A stretch of DNA of 64,000 bases from a virus: the IMG/VR virus record IMGVR_UViG_3300027759_003534, positions 118,567 through 182,566 of that record. One strand, given 5' to 3'. Positions 45,975-56,023 of this stretch are shown piece after piece. The notes under the pieces are model-generated. The model ran no database searches and was not told the origin of the DNA. It saw only the letters and a list, made by a program, of their open reading frames with translations. Every line of letters begins with the position of its first letter. Positions within the stretch are counted from its first letter, which is position 1. The translations under genes and the position numbers were made by a program.

Positions 45975-46262
45975 TTATGGATATATCTGATCACCAGCAC
46001 GTAGTAACACTACTGTGAACTTGTCAGTTTTAAATTGTGTGTTGAGCTTACGGGCTAAGTTTTTAGCATGCCCAGGATTACTGAATGAAACTTTTTTATA
46101 CTTGGGGCCAGGATATTGCACCAACATGTTTGATGTTTTTAAATTGATAGGTTTGGATTCAAAAAACACAGCCCATACACCTTCGCTGGCCAAAACTTGT
46201 TCGGTCTTGTAGGTAGATTTGTTAGTGTGTTCGATTAATACGCTGGGTTTTGGTCGGCTCAT
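45975..46262 (-). CDS. Hypothetical protein
   Basis: 95 aa; GATAAATA box and AGGA SD upstream. Confidence 0.75.
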   Translation of the reverse strand: MSRPKPSVLIEHTNKSTYKTEQVLASEGVWAVFFESKPINLKTSNMLVQYPGPKYKKVSFSNPGHAKNLARKLNTQFKTDKFTVVLLRAGDQIYP

Positions 46263-46307
46263 AGCATTATATTCCTATGTTTTATTTATCTAGAAATATA
46301 GGTATAT

Positions 46308-46517
46308 TTAGAATGAGCCGCCACCTACTTGCACTGTTATTACTTCTTCTGTTTGTGGTTTACTAACCTGTTCACGTAGATCGTGCAGTTCTAACAGTAG
46401 TCTAGTGATATCAGCATGCATATCTTTGGCCTCAGCTAGAGTCATAATAAAGTCCTTTGACCCACGAGCTTCGTGTCCACGCACTCGATCAACAAACTTT
46501 TGTAAGTGTAGGCTCAT
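46308..46517 (-). CDS. Hypothetical protein
   Basis: ATG 46517 overlaps upstream TGA. Confidence 0.7.
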   Translation of the reverse strand: MSLHLQKFVDRVRGHEARGSKDFIMTLAEAKDMHADITRLLLELHDLREQVSKPQTEEVITVQVGGGSF

Positions 46518-46888
46518 TCGGGAAGTCGTGCAAATGGTTCTAGATTGGGAGGAGTCCACCCCTCGGGTTTAAGAATTTTTCCATCGCCACGCTTGCGAAT
46601 CTTGCCAGTGACAGGATCAATCTTGGCAAAGTTAGTACGCATTACTTCCTTCCATGCAGCTTCTCCATCGAAGCCGGCGCTGTGGATGGCTCCAATTGTA
46701 ACCACAAGAATATCAATCAAGGCATCAAGATCGTCTGTGCGGGTTTTTGAGTCTTCTAACTCTTGAACTTCTTCTTTAATTAAATTTAAGTATAGTGCGT
46801 ATTGATCAACGTTTTCAGTAGCTACAGATTGTCCGCATAGTTGCATAAATCGTGCTTGGTCTAAAAATGGATTTGTCATTTCAGTCAT
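46514..46888 (-). CDS. MazG-like/PRA-PH family NTP pyrophosphohydrolase
   Basis: EEVQEL..DALIDILVV..EVMRTNFAK..GKILKP. Confidence 0.8.
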   Translation of the reverse strand: MTEMTNPFLDQARFMQLCGQSVATENVDQYALYLNLIKEEVQELEDSKTRTDDLDALIDILVVTIGAIHSAGFDGEAAWKEVMRTNFAKIDPVTGKIRKRGDGKILKPEGWTPPNLEPFARLPE

Positions 46889-47333
46889 TAGTATCAGCTT
46901 CCTCTTGAGTATAAAATGGCCCTTGATAAGGATATCTCTGTAGTGTAATTAACTTGGGTGCAAGTATCTCTTTCCATTTGCGACCCTTTTTGACATTATA
47001 CCAACCAGCGGCAAACCAACTTTTGCTTTTGCTAGTTTTGGTATACACAGGCAATTGTTGTGCAACATTCCACATGGGATTGTACACTCGACCTGTGACA
47101 GCGTAGCCGTAGATCTGATCTATGTTTGTTTTGGGCTTGACAATTTTAGTCGCCGGTTCAAATTCAATATTTGCAGTTCGAGCTGCTAATTTGATTGTTT
47201 TAAATTGTACAATCTGATCATTGATCTTGACTTGGTATCCGCCAGCACAGGCTTCCACATTGCCGACCTTGCGATCGTTTTCTTTCAAAATCCAATACTG
47301 TTTATCTACCACCGGCAGTGCTATTAAGCTCAT
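46881..47333 (-). CDS. Hypothetical protein
   Basis: 150-aa coupled ORF. Confidence 0.7.
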   Translation of the reverse strand: MSLIALPVVDKQYWILKENDRKVGNVEACAGGYQVKINDQIVQFKTIKLAARTANIEFEPATKIVKPKTNIDQIYGYAVTGRVYNPMWNVAQQLPVYTKTSKSKSWFAAGWYNVKKGRKWKEILAPKLITLQRYPYQGPFYTQEEADTND

Positions 47334-47530
47334 TTGTCTAACTCCCTTTTTCTACATTGTTCCTGAACTCTAAGAGGTATATCAGGATGCCAGCCACCTA
47401 TGAGTTGACTGCAATCGTATTTTACAACAACTACATTGCCTTTACTACCAGGCCAGAACGCTGATACCAATAACGCAAGTACAATAACACTACTAGATGC
47501 TACTGTAATCCAAAATAAATCTTTAGCCAT
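47330..47530 (-). CDS. Small membrane protein
   Basis: N-terminal hydrophobic helix; two Cys. Confidence 0.65.
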   Translation of the reverse strand: MAKDLFWITVASSSVIVLALLVSAFWPGSKGNVVVVKYDCSQLIGGWHPDIPLRVQEQCRKRELDK

Positions 47531-48524
47531 TCAATACACCTTTATAGGTTTCGTTTAACCAACGTCCAAAACTGTCTGCACTTTCACTACACTTGTTCAA
47601 TTCATACTTGCCACAGAATTGCATAAATCGTACACCCACTTGTCCTATGTCTTTGTGACTAATCTGCTCGCGTATGGCGGCATCTACTGTTGCCTTAATT
47701 TCTTCAGGCTGTGCTGTTAAATCAATCAGCGTTCTGTTGCGTTCGTAGTCATCCAATACTCTATGCTCCGCACCATCTGGATCAGTCCATCGTTGCAACA
47801 TCATGTTGTTCCAGTTATAGCCTTTTCGATTCTTGTCTGAATACGCTTCCTGAAGGCCAACTTTGTTTTTAGTGCCTTTCGTCCGAACGCCAGGGAATGC
47901 CGAGAACACATTATCTGAGCTGTCACCGCGCATACACTTCTCGAAGAGAAGCCACTGCGGATCAGGAATTGTCTTAGGCTCTTTTGTTTTCTTGTCAATA
48001 ACTGGTTTACCTTTGGCATCAAAGATCCCTTCTATGGTGTGTAATTCATCTGTAATGCCATTGTATTGTGTTACATTGGGAGCAAGCAATTGTACAAAGT
48101 CGGTGTCGCTTGAAATTACCACATGTTGGTCTTGGGGATGTAAAGCAATCCAGCGAGCTATGATATCGTCACCTTCTGCGGTTGGACAACGTAGTACACT
48201 ACAGTTGGTCCTCTCACTCAAGTATTTAGTCAAATTGTCATAGGTTTCCCAGAACATTTTATCTTCTTCTTGCTCTGCCTCTGTTAGGGCTTGTCTAGCT
48301 ACAGCGCGATTAGCTTTATAAGGCTTATAGTGATCCTTGCGCCAACTGCGCCCTTCTAAGGCAAAAACCACATGATCCGCTTCAAATCTACGGGCCATTT
48401 TGTTGGCAGCCATCAGGGTAACGTGTAGTGCAAAGCCAACTTTTTCCCAAGTATCTGAGGCACGAAAAGCACCATGTCTGGCACGAAAGAATAAATTGGC
48501 AGTATCTATAAGTACATATTTCAT
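47523..48524 (-). CDS. rnh: T4-type RNase H / 5'-3' exonuclease
   Basis: LIDTANL, ALEG.SWRK..YKANR, EGDD, SSDTDF.QL, GDSSDN. Confidence 0.88.
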   Translation of the reverse strand: MKYVLIDTANLFFRARHGAFRASDTWEKVGFALHVTLMAANKMARRFEADHVVFALEGRSWRKDHYKPYKANRAVARQALTEAEQEEDKMFWETYDNLTKYLSERTNCSVLRCPTAEGDDIIARWIALHPQDQHVVISSDTDFVQLLAPNVTQYNGITDELHTIEGIFDAKGKPVIDKKTKEPKTIPDPQWLLFEKCMRGDSSDNVFSAFPGVRTKGTKNKVGLQEAYSDKNRKGYNWNNMMLQRWTDPDGAEHRVLDDYERNRTLIDLTAQPEEIKATVDAAIREQISHKDIGQVGVRFMQFCGKYELNKCSESADSFGRWLNETYKGVLNG

Positions 48525-48530
48525 GCTATA

Positions 48531-48559
48531 AGTATAGCAAAAATAAATTTTTTAGTCAA
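48531..48559 (-). promoter_or_regulatory. sigma70 promoter TTGACT-N17-TATACT; ATG 6 nt downstream (leaderless)
   Basis: -35 48554-48559, -10 48531-48536. Confidence 0.75.
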
Positions 48560-49648
48560 CTATTTTTTTAATAATTCAGTTAACCGTGGAAGATACTCCT
48601 CAATATCAAGACCTTTAAAAGATTTGGTAAAATTAGTAGATTCATAAAATTTACTTAGTAGGCTAGAATCATAGTTTGATGAGCGTACATGATCTTTAAT
48701 CTGAGCCATGTTAAACATTGAGTTAGATAATTTACTGATAATTAGACTTTTTTGGTTGTCTGTGAATAAAGAAAACGAATATTCAGGAATGTTAGCACCC
48801 ATAACAAAATTATAATCTATATTGTTAGCTTGGTACCATGTATACAATTCATCAAGATACAAAACATTCAATGCACTAATAGTTGGGTGACCGGACAATC
48901 TAATATTGTAAAACTTAGAACGCCATTCATTAATATTACTAACAACATCATTCCATATACCATTGGTTCGAATATATTCAAATTGCATATGAGTAGCATC
49001 AATTGATACTATTAAATTTACTTTTTTAAAGTTGGAGAATAAATTGTAAATCTGCGGTGATAATTTTGTAGTAGCATTAGTAGTATAACTAAGCGTAATA
49101 TTTTTACTATTACCATTAGTAATAATTTTTTCAAGCACCATTAAATGATCTAAATTTTGAAAAGGTTCACCCCCTAGAATATCTATGCGAATTAAGTCAC
49201 TGTAATCCTCTTCTAGCAGAGAATCAATTTTTGTTTTTTTTATACGGTAATAATCTTGCCCATACCTTACTCTAAATTCTTTTATAAGGCCTGAACTTGC
49301 CGATGGCCCGCACGTACGGCATGCAAGATTACAAACATTTCCGCTATCAATAACTAGATATTTTAATTTCTTATGCGTGATTTCTTTAATAATTTCGTCT
49401 TCATTTTTGTTTAATAAAACTGTTTGACGCATACTTATAATATTGAAATCTTCACTTTCCCAGCATGCACCACATTTAGAGTGTCTAACTCCTGACAATA
49501 ATGTTTGTTGTAATTCATGTATTTCTGTAGATTGTTGCATTTCTGCAAATGAATTTACTTTCTCATCTAATTTCAACCAACAACATGCGGATGAGGTTCT
49601 GTTATCAAAACCTGAAAACGGTAATGAACAATAAGTATTAAGATTCAT
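48560..49648 (-). CDS. Radical SAM/twitch protein (AT-rich)
   Basis: CSLPF..ACC..CGAC, CNLACRTC, LGGEP. Confidence 0.88.
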   Translation of the reverse strand: MNLNTYCSLPFSGFDNRTSSACCWLKLDEKVNSFAEMQQSTEIHELQQTLLSGVRHSKCGACWESEDFNIISMRQTVLLNKNEDEIIKEITHKKLKYLVIDSGNVCNLACRTCGPSASSGLIKEFRVRYGQDYYRIKKTKIDSLLEEDYSDLIRIDILGGEPFQNLDHLMVLEKIITNGNSKNITLSYTTNATTKLSPQIYNLFSNFKKVNLIVSIDATHMQFEYIRTNGIWNDVVSNINEWRSKFYNIRLSGHPTISALNVLYLDELYTWYQANNIDYNFVMGANIPEYSFSLFTDNQKSLIISKLSNSMFNMAQIKDHVRSSNYDSSLLSKFYESTNFTKSFKGLDIEEYLPRLTELLKK

Positions 49649-50352
49649 TAGACAAACTTATTGGACATGATGTAATTGAGAATAAAACGAGCAAAACTTG
49701 AGTGGCCATCTCGTCCAAAATGCCATGAGTTGGGCATGACTGTTTCTATGCCGGTTGATCGGATAATAGCATCATACGTTTGAGCGGGATTATACGGGCC
49801 AATGTAATTAACTCCCCAATTTTTTTGATCGGTGATGTTACTAAAATCATTATTGCCATTGAAAAAAATATGTTTAATATCTTGGTTTTTCAATTCGGCA
49901 TGAAACTGCCAAATTTCTTCATGTGCCTGTTCAGTTTTGATTTTCCAATCAGTACCAAGCACGTAGTTTCTATACGTTTCTTGCAAATCCTGTGGAACAT
50001 GATCAATTCCGCTGGCACCAACTTGGTAATAAGTTTCGTTATGCAACCATTCTTCTCGTTCCCAAGTTGACCATTGTATGATGACCAACTGATCTGGATG
50101 GGCATTGCCGCCGCCGGCTAACCAGTTACGTGTAGTTCTTATGATACGAGCGTTACTACTAGCACTCTCAGCATCACATCGAAGACCCGATCTAAGTGCC
50201 AAACTTAATATCTTGCCCCAACTGACTGCAAGATTGTCCGGGTGCGGCGCACGACCTAGATAAAATAAGGCAGGATCGTCTTCGGCAAATGCATGAGGAT
50301 TTACAGCCTCGGCACCAGCAGTGTGACTGTCACCGTTGACATATAGCATCAT
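49648..50352 (-). CDS. Hypothetical protein, SGNH-like
   Basis: YVNGDSHT; ASSNARI; HFGRDGH. Confidence 0.55.
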   Translation of the reverse strand: MMLYVNGDSHTAGAEAVNPHAFAEDDPALFYLGRAPHPDNLAVSWGKILSLALRSGLRCDAESASSNARIIRTTRNWLAGGGNAHPDQLVIIQWSTWEREEWLHNETYYQVGASGIDHVPQDLQETYRNYVLGTDWKIKTEQAHEEIWQFHAELKNQDIKHIFFNGNNDFSNITDQKNWGVNYIGPYNPAQTYDAIIRSTGIETVMPNSWHFGRDGHSSFARFILNYIMSNKFV

Positions 50353-50732
50353 GATACTTCAGATCTGCCATCACCAATGTTGCGAGTTTTTACCACACGG
50401 TCACGTTCGGGATTCATAGCTTCGTACTGCTCGTAAGTTTCCAAAACCACATTGCGACATACTGCTGTAAACCAACGGTCTACAATATCAGCATCTGTGT
50501 CTTTAGAATCCATTTGGTAGCCAGCACGAACTAGATTAGCTACAAACTTATCGTTCCAGTCTAGTTCAAATGCGCCAGCTTGTATGTTTTCGGGGTCAAT
50601 CTCCATGCTAACAATATTGACATAAGGCTCGCCTTTTTCGTTAGCAATCTCTTTCTCCGTTTTTTGTGGAGCCGTTGGTTGCTCGGCGGCAATGGCCTTT
50701 TTCTTTTTAAAGATGTCAAATATTTTTAGCAT
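50349..50732 (-). CDS. Hypothetical protein
   Basis: 127-aa coupled ORF. Confidence 0.75.
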   Translation of the reverse strand: MLKIFDIFKKKKAIAAEQPTAPQKTEKEIANEKGEPYVNIVSMEIDPENIQAGAFELDWNDKFVANLVRAGYQMDSKDTDADIVDRWFTAVCRNVVLETYEQYEAMNPERDRVVKTRNIGDGRSEVS

Positions 50733-50738
50733 GGTTTC

Positions 50739-51980
50739 CTATCGAGTATTACCATAGTGTACTACAGTTATATCCTGCATGTCAACGGGTAATTTGCGCC
50801 ATGGGTCAACAATAACACTTCCTGGTAAGATTGTACAATACGGTTGTGTATCTAGTTGGTCACCGGTATACTCGTATGTGATCTTACGATTGTGTGCCCA
50901 TAAAAACACTGCTGGGTGATCTACAGTAACAACTACATCGTCGCAATTATCAGCAAGTGGATCAACATAGCTGACACTATGCCCAGCCTCGGCTACATAG
51001 AATCCAACCAATGTGCTATAACTACCGATGCAGTATTCAACATCTGGCTTGTAGGCTTTACCGTGAATGACCACAGGCAAGTTGTGTTTCTTGGCCTGCT
51101 CAACTAGGAACAAGGCCAAGTTCTTTGCTTGAATTTCTCTAGCATGCATGACAGTGTCAAACAAGTCGTAACCAATATCATACTCTTCAGCTAACCAACG
51201 CAAGGCAATGTTATCTCTAGGATGGCAAGCACCTGCATCACCCATGCCTGCTGTCATGTATTTGGGACCCATGATACGCATTGTGCTCTTGGCCAGGGCA
51301 TCTGTAACAACGTCAACGTTGATGTTGCCAATCTTCATAGCAAAGTCTTGTACCATGTTAACTAGGCCGACCTTGGCACTGATAAATGTGTTGTAGAAAA
51401 TCTTAATAGCTTCGCACTCATCCCATGTGCCGACTTCGTAGCGTGGATTGTTTTGCATGATAGTTTTGTACAAGTCTTTAAGTTCACCAGCTACGCCAGT
51501 TAAACTACCATCCACTGTGCCCAACATAATCATCTCAGGGTTGACCATGTCCCACTTAACTGAACCCATAGCAATTAAATAAGGATTGTAAACAAATTGG
51601 TGTTTAGTATCTAGTAGTGGAACAAACTTGTTGCGAGTTGTTCCAGGTAGTACTGTACTAATCAATACTACTTTTTTGGGGCTAGTAGCATATTGATTCA
51701 CTTTAGTAATAGCATCAATAACAGCATCATGCCCAAAGTCTCGGGGAGTCATATGACTTGACGGAACACTTCCATCGTAACCTTCGGCGTGTGGAGTGGG
51801 AACAGCAATAAAAATCCATTCGCTTTCTTCAACAAGCTCTTTGATACTGCATACTTTTACTGAATCGCTAGTGCGTGGGTAAATGTCGTAACCGCGTACT
51901 TCGTGCTTTTCAGCAAATACTTCGGCACAGTCTAATCCTAATTTTCCAATTCCGATGAATCCCACCTTACATTTTTTCAT
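50739..51980 (-). CDS. ugd: UDP-glucose/nucleotide-sugar 6-dehydrogenase
   Basis: GFIGIGKLG, IAVPTP, STVLPGT, KIFYN, GACHPRD, GKAYKP. Confidence 0.9.
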   Translation of the reverse strand: MKKCKVGFIGIGKLGLDCAEVFAEKHEVRGYDIYPRTSDSVKVCSIKELVEESEWIFIAVPTPHAEGYDGSVPSSHMTPRDFGHDAVIDAITKVNQYATSPKKVVLISTVLPGTTRNKFVPLLDTKHQFVYNPYLIAMGSVKWDMVNPEMIMLGTVDGSLTGVAGELKDLYKTIMQNNPRYEVGTWDECEAIKIFYNTFISAKVGLVNMVQDFAMKIGNINVDVVTDALAKSTMRIMGPKYMTAGMGDAGACHPRDNIALRWLAEEYDIGYDLFDTVMHAREIQAKNLALFLVEQAKKHNLPVVIHGKAYKPDVEYCIGSYSTLVGFYVAEAGHSVSYVDPLADNCDDVVVTVDHPAVFLWAHNRKITYEYTGDQLDTQPYCTILPGSVIVDPWRKLPVDMQDITVVHYGNTR

Positions 51981-52645
51981 TCAATATCCTTTAATTTTAA
52001 TCTTGGCCCACGCATTTTTTGTTTTGTTTCTTCTGACAAAACTTTTCCTAAATTTGCTTCTCTAAGTTTTTGCTTTGTTTCTTCTGCTCTTGGTTTTCCG
52101 TAAGTCCAATGCAATTCCTTTTTTTGACCTTTTTTAGAATTAACATCTTCTGAATATGTTTTTCCTAAGTTTGCTTCTCTAAGTTTTTGCTTTGTTTCTT
52201 TAGATGTTGGAATACCCTTCCTAGTATTTACTTGCTGTGCTCTGGCCTCTCTAATTTTTTGTTTATGTGCTTCTGATTTTGGTTTTCCTTTATGAACCGA
52301 ACTAATTTTTGCCTTGGTTTCAGATGACATAACTCGATCATTAATTGGAGGTGCAGGAGCATCGTTTTTGTTAAGAAAATCTTCACGAACAACAACTTTC
52401 ATTTTGGTTAATACTCGTGTTTCCCACTGCCTTGCTTGTTCTTTAGTTGAGAAAGTTTTTCTAATTTGTATAATATCTGGGTCTCCGTGCTTTAACCGCA
52501 TAGCCAAAACAGCAGGAGATGAGGTAAAATATTTGGTCCAGAAATCTCCAGGAGAACAATTTTTAGCGTATCTTACGCCATAGTAGTATTTTTGTTGTTC
52601 TTGCCATCCGATCAAATAAGTGTAAGGTTGGTATGTGGTATTCAT
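51977..52645 (-). mobile_element. Free-standing GIY-YIG-like homing endonuclease with NUMOD3 repeats
   Basis: YTYLIGW....YYGVR N-terminus; repeated ETKQKLREANLGK; TATAAATA 5 nt before ATG. Confidence 0.8.
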
Positions 52646-52677
52646 ACATATATTTATACCAATACCAACAAATCCTA

Positions 52678-53424
52678 TTATTTTTTAAATACAGGAATAG
52701 GATTCATTTTGTGCAAACTACGGGCTTGTATAGTACGAAATTTTTCCAAGTTAGCCACAAGTTCTGGCACAGCGGATTTAATTTCACCTAGATCCATACG
52801 CATAGCAACTTCTAAATCAGCATAGCTCATACCCAGTTGATCTTCATCGGTACGCCCATCATCCCATAAGCCATCTGTGGGTGCCGCATTGATAATATCT
52901 TGTAACACACCTAGTTCACGGCCCATTTGCCATACTTCTGTTTTGTAACAGTCAGCAATGGGACTGATGTCCACCCCACCATCACCGTACTTGGTATAAA
53001 ATCCCACACCAAAGTCTTCTACCTTGTTGCCAGTGCCTACCACAAGACCACCAACTGTTTGAGCAATTTGATACAGGGTAACCATGCGTAGTCGACTACG
53101 ACTGTTGGCAAACCCCAACAAACTGTTGTAGGTAGCCAATCGGCCTTCAAACTCATCAAATGTTGAAGTTAAATCAATGATGTCGTGGCGCACATTGTCA
53201 AAGTTTTGTGTCAGCCAAACACCTTGTTGCATACTGAGATCGTGTAAGTCTGGACGTTGACGAATAGGCATAGTTACTGCTACTGTGTGCAAGCCAGTTC
53301 TAGCGCAGAGTGCGCTGACTACAGCACTATCAATACCACCGCTGATACCAACTACTAAACTGCGCATACCAGCTGTGGCGGCATAGTCTCGAATCCAGGC
53401 GGTGATACGATCTTGTAATTTCAT
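52678..53424 (-). CDS. nadE: NH3-dependent NAD+ synthetase
   Basis: GISGGIDS, NSRSRLRM, GTGNKVE, FYTKYGDG, APTDGLW, DEDQLGMSY. Confidence 0.93.
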   Translation of the reverse strand: MKLQDRITAWIRDYAATAGMRSLVVGISGGIDSAVVSALCARTGLHTVAVTMPIRQRPDLHDLSMQQGVWLTQNFDNVRHDIIDLTSTFDEFEGRLATYNSLLGFANSRSRLRMVTLYQIAQTVGGLVVGTGNKVEDFGVGFYTKYGDGGVDISPIADCYKTEVWQMGRELGVLQDIINAAPTDGLWDDGRTDEDQLGMSYADLEVAMRMDLGEIKSAVPELVANLEKFRTIQARSLHKMNPIPVFKK

Positions 53425-53657
53425 TTCTTTAAATTCCATATTAAATGTTCTTTGGGCTCGTGATATCTAAACTCAAACACAGCTTCGCCTGGCCCATGAT
53501 ACATTGCCGTACCTTCGTACGCTTGGCGTAACCATAACCAATGTCCTGTTATGTCACTACGTTTAGGCCACCATAAAAATCTTAGTCGCCAAAATGCTTT
53601 ATGATAAAAGTGATCGTAAGCATCTACACCAGGAGAATAGTAACCGGCACCCATCAT
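53421..53657 (-). CDS. Hypothetical protein
   Basis: ATG 53657 overlaps queE stop. Confidence 0.65.
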   Translation of the reverse strand: MMGAGYYSPGVDAYDHFYHKAFWRLRFLWWPKRSDITGHWLWLRQAYEGTAMYHGPGEAVFEFRYHEPKEHLIWNLKK

Positions 53658-54517
53658 TTGCCCCAGCCGTTGCCCCACAAGTCCACATGCAAGCGTGGGC
53701 TATAGTTAAATCCACGTTCACAGCAGATGTTGGCAATGTTTAACTTGTTTGATTCATATGGATCAACAACACCGCCTTGTGGCATTAGATAGACTAGCCC
53801 TGTAAATCCTGCCGCACGATACTGATCTACAGCTTGCACCGCTTCGTTGACGTGTTCTTCAGTTTCAACTACAAACTTAAGATACACAGGCCCAACATTT
53901 AAATCTTGGTAGCTTTTGACAATGTCAGGGCAAATAGCATCTTCGGCTTTCTCGCCAGACGCACTTAATTTAGCACTCACACTGAATGTAAACTCTGTGC
54001 CGTTAAGCAAATGTCTGTTATAAGCATAATGTTTGAAACCGTCTTGTAGTGCTTGAGTGCCGTTCGTTTCAAATGTGATGTTCTTGAGGTCGGCCATGTC
54101 AGGATGACTTAGCAATTCTTCGTAAGCACGTTGCCAGCCCAGCAAAGGCTCACCACCTGTAATAACCAAGTGTACATCATTACCGTTGTTTTGCATCCAA
54201 TGGTTGTTGGGAGTCAACAACAACATGTTGGCAACTAGATCTTCTGTTGGCATGTTAGGACTTAGATGCTTGAATGCTGGATGCCAACTTGCATAACTAT
54301 CGCATCCGGTTTCCACCAATGGCAAATCTGTAAACTTATCATACAAGTGAACTACTTCTGCCACCTCATCTGCACCTGTTGACTTTTCGCCTGGCTTGCA
54401 CCCAAACGAACTACACGTAAAATTGCAACCATATGTTCTTAAGAACACGCTGGGTACCCCAACAAATCGACCTTCTCCTTGAAGACTATAAAATAATTCG
54501 CTGACTTTAATTTTCAT
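53654..54517 (-). CDS. queE: 7-carboxy-7-deazaguanine synthase
   Basis: ELFYSLQGEG, FLRTYGCNFTC..(insertion)..GCDSY, TGGEPLL, ETNGT, PRLHVDLWG. Confidence 0.92.
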   Translation of the reverse strand: MKIKVSELFYSLQGEGRFVGVPSVFLRTYGCNFTCSSFGCKPGEKSTGADEVAEVVHLYDKFTDLPLVETGCDSYASWHPAFKHLSPNMPTEDLVANMLLLTPNNHWMQNNGNDVHLVITGGEPLLGWQRAYEELLSHPDMADLKNITFETNGTQALQDGFKHYAYNRHLLNGTEFTFSVSAKLSASGEKAEDAICPDIVKSYQDLNVGPVYLKFVVETEEHVNEAVQAVDQYRAAGFTGLVYLMPQGGVVDPYESNKLNIANICCERGFNYSPRLHVDLWGNGWGK

Positions 54518-54723
54518 TCTTTAACCTTTATTGCAACGCCCTTGTATGAATAGGCAGTTGTATTGTCCTTGCCCGTAGTTTTATCAAAATTGCTGTAGTT
54601 AGAATTCAGCTCCTGGCTGGTTAATTCAAAATAATCAATGGGTTTTCTATTAGCTTCGTCGCTGACCTTAATGGCATTATTCATCTGTTCTACTACAGTA
54701 GGTTCTCTATAATGTATTTTCAT
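54514..54723 (-). CDS. Hypothetical protein
   Basis: ATG 54723 overlaps upstream TGA. Confidence 0.65.
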   Translation of the reverse strand: MKIHYREPTVVEQMNNAIKVSDEANRKPIDYFELTSQELNSNYSNFDKTTGKDNTTAYSYKGVAIKVKE

Positions 54724-55217
54724 TTCCACCAATCCTCCCAAGGAAACACAACCCAGCAATCCTCCTCAGCTTTATTTAGGTCAACAGCATTGTAATTGAT
54801 ATTTAATTCGCTGGCGCTTGCTTCGTTATCTACCAACACAGCAACACGTACATGGTCGCCCCATAACTTAAACCAGCGGTCGGCTTCGGGCAAACAGTTA
54901 TCTTGCCAATCTTGTTTGATCCAGTTTAAAGTAGCACCTGAATCGTTAATGTCGTCTACAATAAGGATCTTTTTACCATTGTAAGCATCCTCGGCCATCC
55001 ACAAGTTGCTTTCGGGCTGACTGTTATCATCACGCAGGCTTACTTTGAGCGTTTCCATTGGAACTGCTAGATATTGACTAATAAGGTTAGCTGGAACCAA
55101 TCCGCCACGGGTAAGACCTACTACATAATCGGGTATCCATGCATCACGTTGTAGTTGACGTAGGATTTCTTGTGTTTGACATTCAACATCTTGCCAGGAA
55201 TAGTAGATTTTTTTCAT
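54720..55217 (-). CDS. Type I phosphoribosyltransferase (purine PRT-like)
   Basis: GLTRGGLVPA, ILIVDDINDSGATL, WVVFPWE. Confidence 0.9.
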   Translation of the reverse strand: MKKIYYSWQDVECQTQEILRQLQRDAWIPDYVVGLTRGGLVPANLISQYLAVPMETLKVSLRDDNSQPESNLWMAEDAYNGKKILIVDDINDSGATLNWIKQDWQDNCLPEADRWFKLWGDHVRVAVLVDNEASASELNINYNAVDLNKAEEDCWVVFPWEDWWK

Positions 55218-56023
55218 GTGTTGTAAATTTTAAGAGATTGTTCTAAACCCAATAACGGTAGTTGATACTGATTCAGTCGGGTTCCGTTACCGGTGTATGA
55301 GTTTGTGTCGTGCCCAGACACTTGAATCAACTTGCTGTCTAGATGGTGTAACTGTGCATACATTTTTACGATCTCACTAAGATAATATTTTTTATTATAC
55401 ACTATATTTAGGTCGTTGTCATGTATTTGTTTAGCCAAAACGGCTTCGACCACAGTTAATAGGTCCTGAGCACTGATCATATCAAACAAACGGTCTTTAG
55501 AAATCAACAATGATTCGTTGAGTTGGCATTTTTTAGTAAACAATTGTAACAGGCGGGTGTTGCCTTCACTGCTATCAAAACAACCAAAGATTCGTAGATT
55601 GTAAAAATTTGGCATGGTTTGTGCAAACTTGGCTATGACGTTTTTACTACGCCCATAGCTATGATTGGGATTCCTGGTCCAAATTTCTTCCTCGGACGCT
55701 TCACAAATATCAGTGTCAATATCAAACTCTGCACCACTGCCAAAATTAATAAACTTATCGTAATATGTTTTATTGACAGCTAAATTATAAAACATCCTCA
55801 GATTATTTTCTTCGATCTTGGGATCTATAGCATACACACTTTCTCTGCCTACCACAGCACAATGTACCACAGCATCAAATTGTTGTGATTTTAAAAACTT
55901 GGTTACTGAATTTAAATCTAAAAGATTAATTTCTTTTGAAGCGGGTGCAATAACATCGTGTTTGAGATGTTGTTTAAGGTAGCCTCCAATAAATCCAGTG
56001 CCACCCGTTAATAATATTCTCAT
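55214..56023 (-). CDS. NAD-dependent epimerase/reductase
   Basis: TGGTGFIG, YGRSK, LRIFGCF. Confidence 0.85.
   Translation of the reverse strand: MRILLTGGTGFIGGYLKQHLKHDVIAPASKEINLLDLNSVTKFLKSQQFDAVVHCAVVGRESVYAIDPKIEENNLRMFYNLAVNKTYYDKFINFGSGAEFDIDTDICEASEEEIWTRNPNHSYGRSKNVIAKFAQTMPNFYNLRIFGCFDSSEGNTRLLQLFTKKCQLNESLLISKDRLFDMISAQDLLTVVEAVLAKQIHDNDLNIVYNKKYYLSEIVKMYAQLHHLDSKLIQVSGHDTNSYTGNGTRLNQYQLPLLGLEQSLKIYNT

Noticed and set aside
51977-52678. Group I intron around the endonuclease
   Set aside because: nadE and ugd are each intact, the spacer is about 30 nt and no intron core elements are visible
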